A stretch of 38,089 bases of DNA from a virus (Duplodnaviria; Caudoviricetes): IMG/VR virus record IMGVR_UViG_3300033067_000471, positions 1-38,089 of that record; one strand, 5' to 3'. This document shows positions 9,957 through 18,207 of the stretch, in pieces. A program made the position numbers and the translations under genes. Each line of letters opens with the position of its first letter. Within the stretch, counting starts at the first letter, position 1. The notes under the pieces are model-generated. The model had not been told where the DNA came from. It was given only the letters and a program-made list of their open reading frames with translations, and did not search any database.

Positions 9957-10958
9957 TTAAGATACTGTTGCTTCTGTTTCTAACAATTGGTCTACGATTT
10001 TAACAGGTATACCTCTGAACATTGCGATACGTTTACCATCAACAACTTCATAAGATAACTGACCGCCAGCCTGAACATCATCACGACGTTGAATATCAAG
10101 CATTTGGAAGCAAGTTCTGTTCATGTAGAATACTGGTCTACACATATTCAAGAAAGGAATACGATGAGTAGCTTTAATCATTAACTCAACTAAATCAGCA
10201 GCACTAGATTTTGCAATCAAGTTTGAAATGTCGATGTTACAGATACGAACTACATATCTCCAGTCTTTTAATGCGATACCAACTAACCATTTATAATGCT
10301 CGCGCAATACTTGTGATAAGTTACCAGCAACGCCACCAGTGTTCTCAGAAGTTTGTTGACCAAGATCTTCGTGAGTTAAACCAGCTTTAGTTCCTTTAGG
10401 GAAGATAAGATGGATAGATTGCTCACCCCAACCAATTAACCAGATTGATGAATTATCTGATCCCGAACCAGAACCAGAAATTACATTCGATGCATTCTGA
10501 GCTGATAAGCTAGAGTAACGAACTGATAAACCATTAAACTCTTCTTGAGCTAAAGATGAGTTACCATAGAACATTGTTTGCACAACTTCTTGGTTCATGG
10601 CTTCAATGAAAGGTTTTGCTTCAGATAAACGGAACGCGTTTACGTTACCATTTAATTCTGCTAAAGCTTTATCTACTTGAGAGTAAGCTTCTAACATTCC
10701 ACAACCCTCATCAACTTGTACAGTTACTGATTTAGATGATGGAATACCTTGATTCATTAGACGCCAGTAAACTGCTGGTAAGCCAACGCGTTGAGTGGTT
10801 CTGTGACCAGTTGTTAAATTACCTTCAAATGCTGGAGCATCTTGCAATACTTCATTTGTTTGATTTAATAATTCAACGATATCTGCGATCTTGCCATCTG
10901 GATCCATACGTTTTGCTACATCAAGTAGCGTTGGGTAATTTGCCGATAATAATGCCAT
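9957..10958 (-). CDS. Major capsid protein (BPP-1 Bbp17-like)
   Basis: TLLDVAKRMDPDGKI..IVELLNQTNE, FRLSEAKPF, DWRYVVRICNID and FRGIPV motifs; AAGGAG RBS. Confidence 0.92.
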   Translation of the reverse strand: MALLSANYPTLLDVAKRMDPDGKIADIVELLNQTNEVLQDAPAFEGNLTTGHRTTQRVGLPAVYWRLMNQGIPSSKSVTVQVDEGCGMLEAYSQVDKALAELNGNVNAFRLSEAKPFIEAMNQEVVQTMFYGNSSLAQEEFNGLSVRYSSLSAQNASNVISGSGSGSDNSSIWLIGWGEQSIHLIFPKGTKAGLTHEDLGQQTSENTGGVAGNLSQVLREHYKWLVGIALKDWRYVVRICNIDISNLIAKSSAADLVELMIKATHRIPFLNMCRPVFYMNRTCFQMLDIQRRDDVQAGGQLSYEVVDGKRIAMFRGIPVKIVDQLLETEATVS

Positions 10959-10975
10959 TTAAAAATCTCCTTTTA

Positions 10976-11599
10976 TTAGTTTGTTGTTTGTGTGCGAGTT
11001 TTGTCGTACATCTTGTCTGCTGTTGATTGTTGAGTTTGATGAGTTGCCCCACCACCATTTACAATCTTGTCAGGCTTAGACATATTCGCGAGTTTTAAAA
11101 CGAATTTAAAGACAGAAGGATTGTTTCCTAATCCAGTTTTATCTAGAAAGTCCATCATTCCCTGATCTGCGTGTTGCTTTAAGAAAAGATGCGCAGTCTC
11201 TGCATTCTCTTTCCACTTAGCTCCACCGACATCTTTGTCGCTTTCTAATTCTTTAAGCCAATTCGTTTTATTTGTTTCAAGCTGAGTATCTAATGCTTGT
11301 TTGTATCCAGAAACAGCTTTTTCTTCTCTTTGTAATAAACTTTGCGCTTGTTCGTTAGTTAGGCCGCTAGCCTTAGCTTCGGCTAAAATTTCGTCAATAC
11401 GCGTTTTATTTAATAGAGAACCTTCAGATAATTTCAAATCGTAAACGATCTCAGCCTTAGCTGGATCTGTTTCAACCTTTTTATCTTCTGGTTTTACTTC
11501 TGCCTCTGTCGTCACTTTGGCATCAGCTACAGGTGTTTCTGTTTGTTTTTGGTCTTCAACTGTAGTTGTGCTTTCAGCTGGTGTACCTTGGTCAACCAT
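10976..11599 (-). CDS. Capsid scaffolding protein (Bbp18-like)
   Basis: Start moved to ATG 11599 by RBS; acidic disordered N-terminus and TGLGNNP motif; directly upstream of the capsid gene. Confidence 0.75.
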   Translation of the reverse strand: MVDQGTPAESTTTVEDQKQTETPVADAKVTTEAEVKPEDKKVETDPAKAEIVYDLKLSEGSLLNKTRIDEILAEAKASGLTNEQAQSLLQREEKAVSGYKQALDTQLETNKTNWLKELESDKDVGGAKWKENAETAHLFLKQHADQGMMDFLDKTGLGNNPSVFKFVLKLANMSKPDKIVNGGGATHQTQQSTADKMYDKTRTQTTN

Positions 11600-11849
11600 T
11601 ATCAATCTCCTTCTTTGCTTTTAAAATATTAATATATGCATCTGGGTTAGCGTTGTTTATATCGTCCATTACGGCCAAACCAACAGCTCTACCACCTTCA
11701 TTAAAATAAACTTTAGAGCCAGAGTTATCGAAACTAGTTTTATAAAATCCGCACTGGTCTAAAAATCTTGCAAAAAAACGCAGACCTTGCTTTGTGCTTA
11801 GTAAGAACTGTAAGTCTTCTTTTTCCTGCGCTATTTGCTTTTCACTCAT
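11592..11849 (-). CDS. Bbp19-like head protein
   Basis: LLSTKQGLRF...CG.YKTSF...FNEGGRAVG motif and position between portal and scaffold. Confidence 0.75.
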   Translation of the reverse strand: MSEKQIAQEKEDLQFLLSTKQGLRFFARFLDQCGFYKTSFDNSGSKVYFNEGGRAVGLAVMDDINNANPDAYINILKAKKEIDNG

Positions 11850-11851
11850 GT

Positions 11852-11880
11852 TATTGTCCTATTGTCCTATTGTGCTATTG
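11852..11880. repeat. Short tandem repeat, about 3.6 copies of 8 bp
   Basis: TATTGTCC TATTGTCC TATTGTGC TATTG at a gene junction. Confidence 0.7.
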
Positions 11881-12331
11881 AGTTTTTCATACGAGCTTCA
11901 CAGCGGCTAACTGTTCCATCGTAAACAAATCTTGTTAAGTCACCTGAAGCAGTAACGATATCAGTAGTTCCGCAAATAATGTTTGAACTTGTAACGTCAA
12001 AAGTTACTACGCCTTGAGATAAGACTAAGAATTCTTGGCCTTGAAAAGCATTTGTAAAACCAGTGATTGTTACAGGATTAGCTGTAAAAGTTCTAAATAA
12101 TGGGCCAGCTCCAGACACGCTAGGAGTCGCATCACCAGAAGCAAAGGTAACTCCAGAACCAACTGAAGGCTTAATTAAAAGCTTACCTGATACTTGAGCA
12201 CAATCTAACCCGTAAGCACATTTAACATCTGCAAACTGACCAACTGATGCGTCTGCATTGTTATAAACGTGGATAGCATGAGCTGCTGTTGAGAACATTA
12301 ACATCATTAAAATTACTGTAATTTTTTTCAT
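11867..12331 (-). CDS. Signal-peptide-bearing beta-rich protein with tailspike C-terminal-like domain
   Basis: Start ATG 12331 with AAGGAG RBS; MKKITVILMMLMFSTAAHA is a Sec signal with AxA site; DATPSV...TITGFTNA..GQEF motif. Confidence 0.6.
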   Translation of the reverse strand: MKKITVILMMLMFSTAAHAIHVYNNADASVGQFADVKCAYGLDCAQVSGKLLIKPSVGSGVTFASGDATPSVSGAGPLFRTFTANPVTITGFTNAFQGQEFLVLSQGVVTFDVTSSNIICGTTDIVTASGDLTRFVYDGTVSRCEARMKNSIAQ

Positions 12332-12363
12332 ATAAACTCCTTTAAAGTTTTTAGTTTTAAAAA

Positions 12364-14079
12364 TCATTGTTGTGCTCCAGTTAAATTACTAACAACTCTG
12401 CCAAGAGCGTTATCATCTGAAACCTGAGCTTGAGATAAGTCTTTAGCAGCAGCAGCACCTTGTTGAATCATAGCCATTTGCTGCATTTGCTGTTGCTGTT
12501 GAGCTTTTTGCGCTCTAATAGCTGCTACTTCGTCATCTGTGCGAACTTGGTCTGGAGGTATAGATAAACCATCTGCGTAATTATCAATAGTCTGATCTAT
12601 GTTCCACTTATCAGCTGCACTTGGATCAATTCCTATTAATTGAGCCATAACATTCATAAATCTTTCTTGAGCACCCAATCCAATCATTTTTTGGGCTTGA
12701 GCCATAATAGAAATGTACTCAACTTTAAGATCAATACCTTGCAATTCAAGTGGAGGAGGAGGTAGTAAACCTTGGTCTAAGTGGTAAGCAAAAGCTAAAT
12801 CAATAAAAGGATCTAACAAGTCTTGCTCTAATTGAGACAAAACTGGGCCTAATACTAATAGTTTTTCCTGAGAAACTTCGTCAACAAAACGAGCTGTTAC
12901 ATCTTTACCATCTGGATTTGAAGCAAAAGCTATAAATAAGTTAGTAAAGAAACACTCTTTAATTCTGTTTCTTACTTGTTCGTTCTTAGCTTCCATCTCT
13001 TGGATGCGATAATTAACTTCATAGATAGGAGTAAATCCCTCAACATTACGATCAACATAAGTAACGCCACCTGAAACAATAGATCCAGATTGAGCTTTCA
13101 GTGAAGAAGGCCCTTTAAGTGGTGGGCGTACAATTTTATCAATCGCTTCTAATGTACGTTTTTCTCCTAATTGTAATTGCTTAACATCACCTAAACAAAC
13201 CATAGCAGGACAAGAAGTTGCATAAACGTCTTCGCCTGTTACTTGCCAGCGAGGAACTAATACTGGAAAATAATCATATCCCATCTCTCTAAGATATTTT
13301 TCTTTATCTAAGCCAGTAGCAGAAGGATCTGTCTCGTAATAACAAGAAGAAAACTTTTTGTATTTTGATTCTAATCTTTGAGGGTTCCAGTTTGCGTTTG
13401 GTTGAATAATATGACAAATTTCAATCCACAATTCAGTCTGACCTTGTTCGTAATAATTCTTAACCTTTAAAGAAATATTAGACCAATCAGTTATCTTACC
13501 ATCAGCTTCACGACGACCGAATTGCTCAACAATCTGTCTAACAGTCATTTTAAATTCACGAACAAAAACATTAATTCTTCCAAGATAATCTTTAGCTATC
13601 ATGTAAGAGCCGACAGGAAACGACTGACAATGGAAAACATTACCAGTTAAATCAGGCTCTACCGACATCGCAGCAGTTCCAAATACTCCAAGATCTCCGT
13701 AAGTAGTAGGTAAAATATTATATAAATTTGATTTTAAGAAAGTCGTATTCATTATGTTTGTGACTTGATACAACCATCTTTTAACGCTTCCGATTTCATT
13801 CAGCGCTGGATCTGGAGTAGATAATCTAAACCAAGGACGTGCTGGAGATGTAACTCCTGACATCATACCAGAAGCTAATATATTAGCCGATTGAGTAGCT
13901 GTAGAATCAATAATTTTAGTGTTCTTGCGTTGGCCTTTATTGATATCAGAAGTATAAAATCTTGGACGAGTTGGCAAAATATTATCACCTAGTTCTTGCC
14001 ATTGCTGTTTGAAAGAATCTCTTTCAATTCTTAACTGTCCTTTTAATTCGTCATCTTTTTGGCGTTGTGTTTTACTCAC
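12364..14079 (-). CDS. Portal (head-tail connector) protein
   Basis: 571 aa; LASGMMSGVTSPARPWFRL, PRWQVTGEDVY and VEYISIMAQAQK motifs; Gln-rich C-terminus. Confidence 0.92.
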   Translation of the reverse strand: MSKTQRQKDDELKGQLRIERDSFKQQWQELGDNILPTRPRFYTSDINKGQRKNTKIIDSTATQSANILASGMMSGVTSPARPWFRLSTPDPALNEIGSVKRWLYQVTNIMNTTFLKSNLYNILPTTYGDLGVFGTAAMSVEPDLTGNVFHCQSFPVGSYMIAKDYLGRINVFVREFKMTVRQIVEQFGRREADGKITDWSNISLKVKNYYEQGQTELWIEICHIIQPNANWNPQRLESKYKKFSSCYYETDPSATGLDKEKYLREMGYDYFPVLVPRWQVTGEDVYATSCPAMVCLGDVKQLQLGEKRTLEAIDKIVRPPLKGPSSLKAQSGSIVSGGVTYVDRNVEGFTPIYEVNYRIQEMEAKNEQVRNRIKECFFTNLFIAFASNPDGKDVTARFVDEVSQEKLLVLGPVLSQLEQDLLDPFIDLAFAYHLDQGLLPPPPLELQGIDLKVEYISIMAQAQKMIGLGAQERFMNVMAQLIGIDPSAADKWNIDQTIDNYADGLSIPPDQVRTDDEVAAIRAQKAQQQQQMQQMAMIQQGAAAAKDLSQAQVSDDNALGRVVSNLTGAQQ

Positions 14080-14392
14080 CTAGCAACACCTTTTTACCTT
14101 GATCCATTTGACTTGAACCAGATAACCCTGATGTAAGAATTGTTCCAGCGCGGCCACCAACTAAGCTCATTGCCGATTTTTGAGCATTACGTTTTTTCTG
14201 CATATCTAATGTTGCTGCATCTAAAACAGTTTTATTATACAAACGCTTTTCAACGTCTGATTGATAGGCTTGCTGATCTTTTTTTGCTTTATCGGCAGCT
14301 TCTCTAGCCGCCTGACCAGTTAAATTTTTACCTAGGTCGCTTGAAGATAATCCTAGAGTTGCAACACTTAATAAATCTGGAGCTCCTGCCAT
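14072..14392 (-). CDS. Small virion-associated protein (Bbp22-like)
   Basis: Start ATG 14392 after GGAGG; GRAGTILT...KKVLLG C-terminal motif typical of the gene before the portal. Confidence 0.7.
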   Translation of the reverse strand: MAGAPDLLSVATLGLSSSDLGKNLTGQAAREAADKAKKDQQAYQSDVEKRLYNKTVLDAATLDMQKKRNAQKSAMSLVGGRAGTILTSGLSGSSQMDQGKKVLLGE

Positions 14393-14844
14393 TAGCAAAC
14401 CTCCATGATAAAAGATTGCTCTCTAAAAATAAAACCTAATTTTTCTAATGTCTCGCGCTTAACTGGAGACTTGTCCAACAATGAAAAGGTAATCCAATCA
14501 ACGATCTCGCGACCGATACGGATAAATTCCTTTAATAATAAATATCCAGCTCTGCCTTCTCTGTGCTCTACTGATACCCACCAGAACTGCTCTGCTAATA
14601 CTTTAATTTTAGGGTTAAAATGATGAGGCGTAAGAAGACCACATACGAGACCAATCAACTGAGAACCAGCCTCTGCAACTAAGATAATATGATTATCTAT
14701 AATGTTTTGTAATAATGATCTGTTATAGTTTTCGTTATCTCCGAATAAAGATAACTTAGTACCATACATATGAGAAAATTGACGTAGTTGTCCCAAAATC
14801 CAATCAGCATCCGTATCATTTGCAGGACGTATAACTATCGACAT
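14392..14844 (-). CDS. GNAT-family acetyltransferase
   Basis: IRPA...ILVAE...LIG...EQFWWVSVEHREGRAG..LL...EKLGF GNAT pattern. Confidence 0.8.
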   Translation of the reverse strand: MSIVIRPANDTDADWILGQLRQFSHMYGTKLSLFGDNENYNRSLLQNIIDNHIILVAEAGSQLIGLVCGLLTPHHFNPKIKVLAEQFWWVSVEHREGRAGYLLLKEFIRIGREIVDWITFSLLDKSPVKRETLEKLGFIFREQSFIMEVC

Positions 14845-14880
14845 AAGTCAAGACTAGTGTTCTACAAGAGGTGTATGCAA
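14845..14880 (-). promoter_or_regulatory. Sigma70-type promoter, probably leaderless
   Basis: TTGCAT-18 nt-TAGTCT-6 nt-ATG(14844) with no Shine-Dalgarno. Confidence 0.5.
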
Positions 14881-14989
14881 ATAATTATTTCTTAGTCCAG
14901 TGAACAAAAGTAGAACGATATTAATTACTTAACGCACCATCACATAAGATTGACATACTTAAGTCTAGTGATAAACTGACACTGCAATC

Positions 14990-15175
14990 TCACTTCTCTC
15001 CAAGAAATGTATTTGCATAACCCCTAAAAAGGTATAAAGGCTGACAGGATGTTGGTCTTTTTTTTTGACATCTACTTGAGAACCTGTAAAAATAATTTGG
15101 CATACATGTTACTCCATACCAATCGGGCTGGCTAAGGCGGTAATCTTGGCTGGCAATAACTTTAACTCCGATCAT
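14990..15175 (-). CDS. Possible small hypothetical protein
   Basis: ATG 15175 overlaps the terminase 3' end; 61 aa; no recognisable motif. Confidence 0.3.
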   Translation of the reverse strand: MIGVKVIASQDYRLSQPDWYGVTCMPNYFYRFSSRCQKKRPTSCQPLYLFRGYANTFLGEK

Positions 15176-16620
15176 ACTCCTCAAACGGATCATACTCTTT
15201 CTGAACAACTGGTAACTTTATTCCCCACAAGTCTTCGATATTCAGTCCGCGCCCTTCCATCTCAGGTAATGCAAAAGTCAGCATCAGTGCATCTAATCTA
15301 TCAGGCGACCGACCAAGTTTAACTTTAATTTCATCTTTAGGTTCTAAGATCAGTCTTCCACGCTTATCAAAAGTATACTCAGGCGCACAGATCTCGGCTA
15401 CTAGTTCAGGGTCATCAACGATAACACCACCACGCTCTATCCATGCGCATAACCTAAAGTACATCTCAACTCTTATGTTTGCGTATCTATCGTCCATCGC
15501 GCTTTGACTAAAATGAACTTCCTGAACTGCGTGACCCTTTTGTAACATTCCATCGACAACGCCAGATCCAAAGCCGCCTGTGCCATCAATGAACTCCATC
15601 TCAGAACCAAACTTCTCTTTAGCTGCCATCAAGTGATGAACTTGCTCAAACGTCTTAAGATTACGCCACATCTTATAATTCCAAGACATCAACCCCTGAC
15701 GAGGAAAAATCACAGTACTATCATCTCCCTGCCTAGCACAGTCCATACCTAATCTTTTCTGAGCTCCAACATAATCACTAGGTCTAAGCACTCGTTGAGT
15801 TGCCTCTAAAACTTTCTCCCGACTTATCAAGCTGTTCATCGAGTTAGGAGGAAACTGACCAAAAACATTCACTAACACCCAAGGATTATCGCGACCATAC
15901 TTATCTATCTGTTGTTGAGCCCACTCTTTGCTGACCCGAGGAGTGCGCATAGGATCTTCAGGATCACTATTAATATTAATAACATTCCACATCTTCCGAT
16001 CACTAGTTGCAGCAGCATGTAATGGCCCACTTGTGTGAGTCGGGTTCCCTGCAATAACAATGCGACCCATCTTCTTGCCATCACCCATATCGTTCGCTAA
16101 TGCAGCATCGGCAGCAGCTAACACACCAGAAGGAATACCGCCAGCCTCGTCTACTAAGAACAAAATAAAGTCAGCATGAAGACCAGCCAACGTATCTGCC
16201 TGCTTAGTAGCATCTGCATCCTTAGCCCATGTACGAGCCGACATCCACCATGTCTCAGGGAACTCCTTACTAAAAATACGCTTCTTTGTCCAAGTGTACT
16301 GCTCCGACAATCTCTTAGATTTCTGCTGCCACTTCGCCATCTCTGTCCACAGACCATCCGATAAGTTCTGCTCACTAATAGAAGTCGCCGCTATCTTAGG
16401 ATGCGGATGACAGTCTAAAAAGTGCCAAGCAATAATAGCCAATGTTGCAGTCTTGCCTAGGACCCTTGCAGGCTACAAGTGCAGAACGCATGTTCTTCCT
16501 GTAACCGACAAGCGCGACCTTCTGCCACTCATCCAATTCAACACCTAACACATCTTTTGCCCATTTTACTGGGTCTTCTCGCCAGACTCTTATCATCTGC
16601 GGTACTGTTAATTTACTCAT
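15162..16620 (-). CDS. terL: Terminase large subunit, about 485 aa, needing a +1 frame change at 16458
   Basis: Joining ORF 16620-16459 (..ACKGP) to 16457-15162 (GKTATLAIIAW..) restores Walker A. Also present: Walker B LFLVDEA, coupling motif GNP, nuclease LGMDCAR.GDD and C-terminal SPDRLDAL. Confidence 0.9.
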
Positions 16621-16787
16621 GCATTCTCCCAAATAATAAAAATTCCAAAAACACCTAAATACATCACAAGCCTTGTGCTATACAAAGACTCTTCATTATC
16701 AAATCCAAATCTTAAACAAACTTTGTTATTCATAGACTTGCTAACAAAAAATCTAAAACTACTAGGAATAGTTAGGGGTATTATCAA
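16617..16787 (-). CDS. Small hypothetical protein, 56 aa
   Basis: Below the ORF-track cutoff. TTG start overlaps the upstream TGA after GGAGGT; stop overlaps the terL ATG (ATGA). MIIPLTIPSSFRFFVSK...IFIIWENA. Confidence 0.6.
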   Translation of the reverse strand: MIIPLTIPSSFRFFVSKSMNNKVCLRFGFDNEESLYSTRLVMYLGVFGIFIIWENA

Positions 16788-17035
16788 TTCATACCTCCAT
16801 TAACACGCTCAGCAGCCCTCTGGCTAACATCACGCAAATATTCTAATATCACTAAACCCTCGCCTTCTTTAAAACTATCTATAGGAACAGCTCCCATAAG
16901 ATTCGGATTACTGCTAAAAAGCCATCTGTCAACATCAGCATAAGTTCCGTACATCTTATACAAGATATGTATGCAAGCTAATAGCTCCTCAACATTAGTC
17001 TCTGGGATGCTAGCATCAATCTCACTCGGCGACAC
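16784..17035 (-). CDS. Stand-alone Xre/MbcA/ParS antitoxin C-terminal (DUF2384-like) domain protein
   Basis: MYG....VDRWLFSSNPNLMGAVPIDSF..GEG..ILEYL matches the WLxxPNxxLxGxxP pattern. Confidence 0.65.
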   Translation of the reverse strand: MSPSEIDASIPETNVEELLACIHILYKMYGTYADVDRWLFSSNPNLMGAVPIDSFKEGEGLVILEYLRDVSQRAAERVNGGMN

Positions 17036-17591
17036 TAAAGCTCTCCTCTATCATGCGACCCCAGCTAGAACTGCCATCAGACTCACGCTTTTCAGCAAAC
17101 ATCTTCAGATGCTTACCTATGGCCTCTAGAGTCTTATTCTTATCCCATGCATTAACACGCTTCATTTCGCCAACAACTTCTTCACCTTCGCGCACTTCCA
17201 TTATGTCAAACGTCTTAATACAAATAGACGCATACTTGGGCCACTCTGACACTGGCTTAAGCGCACCGCGATCATCTAACACATCCGCAATATCAAACTT
17301 CGAGATCGCCTGAAAAATTGCTAACGTCTCTTCAAACATCCACTCTTCACGAGCTCTTAGTGCCTCATCATAAGCAGCCTTGCGTCCAGCATCTTCCGAT
17401 ATCCACTTACGAGTCGCCATGTGTAAAGATCTAGCTCTGCCTTCGTCACCCTGACATTGCAGCCTACACAACTCTATTAAAGAGCCTCCACACGAAATAT
17501 GGGCCTCAACTTTAGACATACGATCTGGATCTGTGAAAATTGCAACCTCACGATTAATATCAACGCTACTAACTTCTATGTCTGTTGTCAT
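17022..17591 (-). CDS. terS: Terminase small subunit
   Basis: N-terminal HTH-like region, GALKPVSEWP and DKNKTLEAIGKHLKMF motifs; GAGGTG RBS; upstream of terL. Confidence 0.8.
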   Translation of the reverse strand: MTTDIEVSSVDINREVAIFTDPDRMSKVEAHISCGGSLIELCRLQCQGDEGRARSLHMATRKWISEDAGRKAAYDEALRAREEWMFEETLAIFQAISKFDIADVLDDRGALKPVSEWPKYASICIKTFDIMEVREGEEVVGEMKRVNAWDKNKTLEAIGKHLKMFAEKRESDGSSSWGRMIEESFSVAE

Positions 17592-17989
17592 AAGTAGAAC
17601 ACCTCATCGCGCATACGATTTTTTATTTTTTTGTAATAGGAAGACATTGTTGATAAAAATGAAACACCTAGTTGCGCTGAAAAAGTACCGCGGAGAGAAG
17701 GAGGGAGGTATTCAATCCCGCGCAGCAAAAGCGCGGGGGTGGGGGTGGCTCGACGTGTCACAGCTTTTTCATCTCCAATATATTGCTTATGAACATGAGA
17801 ATGATAATCATTTACACGCTCTAATTGAGAATTGTTATCAATTAAAAAGCGCGCAAAGTTATCCACATAAGTTATCCACATACTTTTTAAGTTATCCACA
17901 TGCCTCTGTAACGCTCTAATAAGCCCAAGGTTGAACGATAATATTAAAGTGTGTTCAGCATAAGGGTGTGTATTAGATCTTGCTACCAT
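17588..17989 (-). CDS. Possible 133 aa ORF overlying the regulatory boxes
   Basis: ATG 17989 overlaps the upstream gene end and its TGA overlaps the terS ATG; no recognisable domain. Confidence 0.3.
   Translation of the reverse strand: MVARSNTHPYAEHTLILSFNLGLIRALQRHVDNLKSMWITYVDNFARFLIDNNSQLERVNDYHSHVHKQYIGDEKAVTRRATPTPALLLRGIEYLPPSLRGTFSAQLGVSFLSTMSSYYKKIKNRMRDEVFYL
17717..17748. other. GC hairpin plus G-runs; candidate packaging-initiation or terminus signal
   Basis: CCCGCGC-AGCAAAA-GCGCGGG merging into GGGGGTGGGGGTGG; a GC-rich island about 125 bp upstream of terS. Confidence 0.4.
17797..17844. promoter_or_regulatory. Two Fur-family box-like sites
   Basis: GAGAATGATAATCATTTAC matches 16/19 of GATAATGATAATCATTATC; TGAGAAT-T-GTTATCA (17826-17840) matches 12/14 of the 7-1-7 form. 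Confidence 0.6.
17859..17900 (+). promoter_or_regulatory. Three perfect co-oriented DnaA boxes
   Basis: TTATCCACA at 17859, 17872 and 17892, each inside AAGTTATCCACAT. Confidence 0.8.
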
Positions 17990-18207
17990 AAGCCTATTAG
18001 CTCTATCTCGCATATGTGTGCTGTAGTGTAGTTTATACGGATTGTAAGTCTGTTGTGGCGATTGAATGAATTGACCGCTAAGGCTAGGCCGTTCTTAGCT
18101 TGTCCGTTTTGATAAACAATAACGAGTTTTTGGCCTATTACTTCTAGCATTCTAAAGATTTTATCTTTTTTCTTAAAGTCTTCCCATTTTACAAACTGAT
18201 TGCTCAT
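17983..18207 (-). CDS. Hypothetical protein, first gene of the leftward unit
   Basis: 74 aa ORF starting 6 nt after a -10 element. Confidence 0.55.
   Translation of the reverse strand: MSNQFVKWEDFKKKDKIFRMLEVIGQKLVIVYQNGQAKNGLALAVNSFNRHNRLTIRINYTTAHICEIELIGLW

Noticed and set aside
14881-15161. tRNA or structured ncRNA between terL and the GNAT gene
   Set aside because: No cloverleaf or extended stem visible by eye; a covariance-model search would be needed to exclude it.
1385-16375. Short antisense or off-frame ORFs in the track (1385, 8483, 9167, 9303, 10736, 14405, 16154, 16176)
   Set aside because: They overlap well-supported genes and lack RBS or motifs.
15162-16632. Two separate genes, or an intron/intein in terL
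   Set aside because: The break lies within Walker A and is one nucleotide; the TTG at 16442 would give a protein lacking the P-loop.
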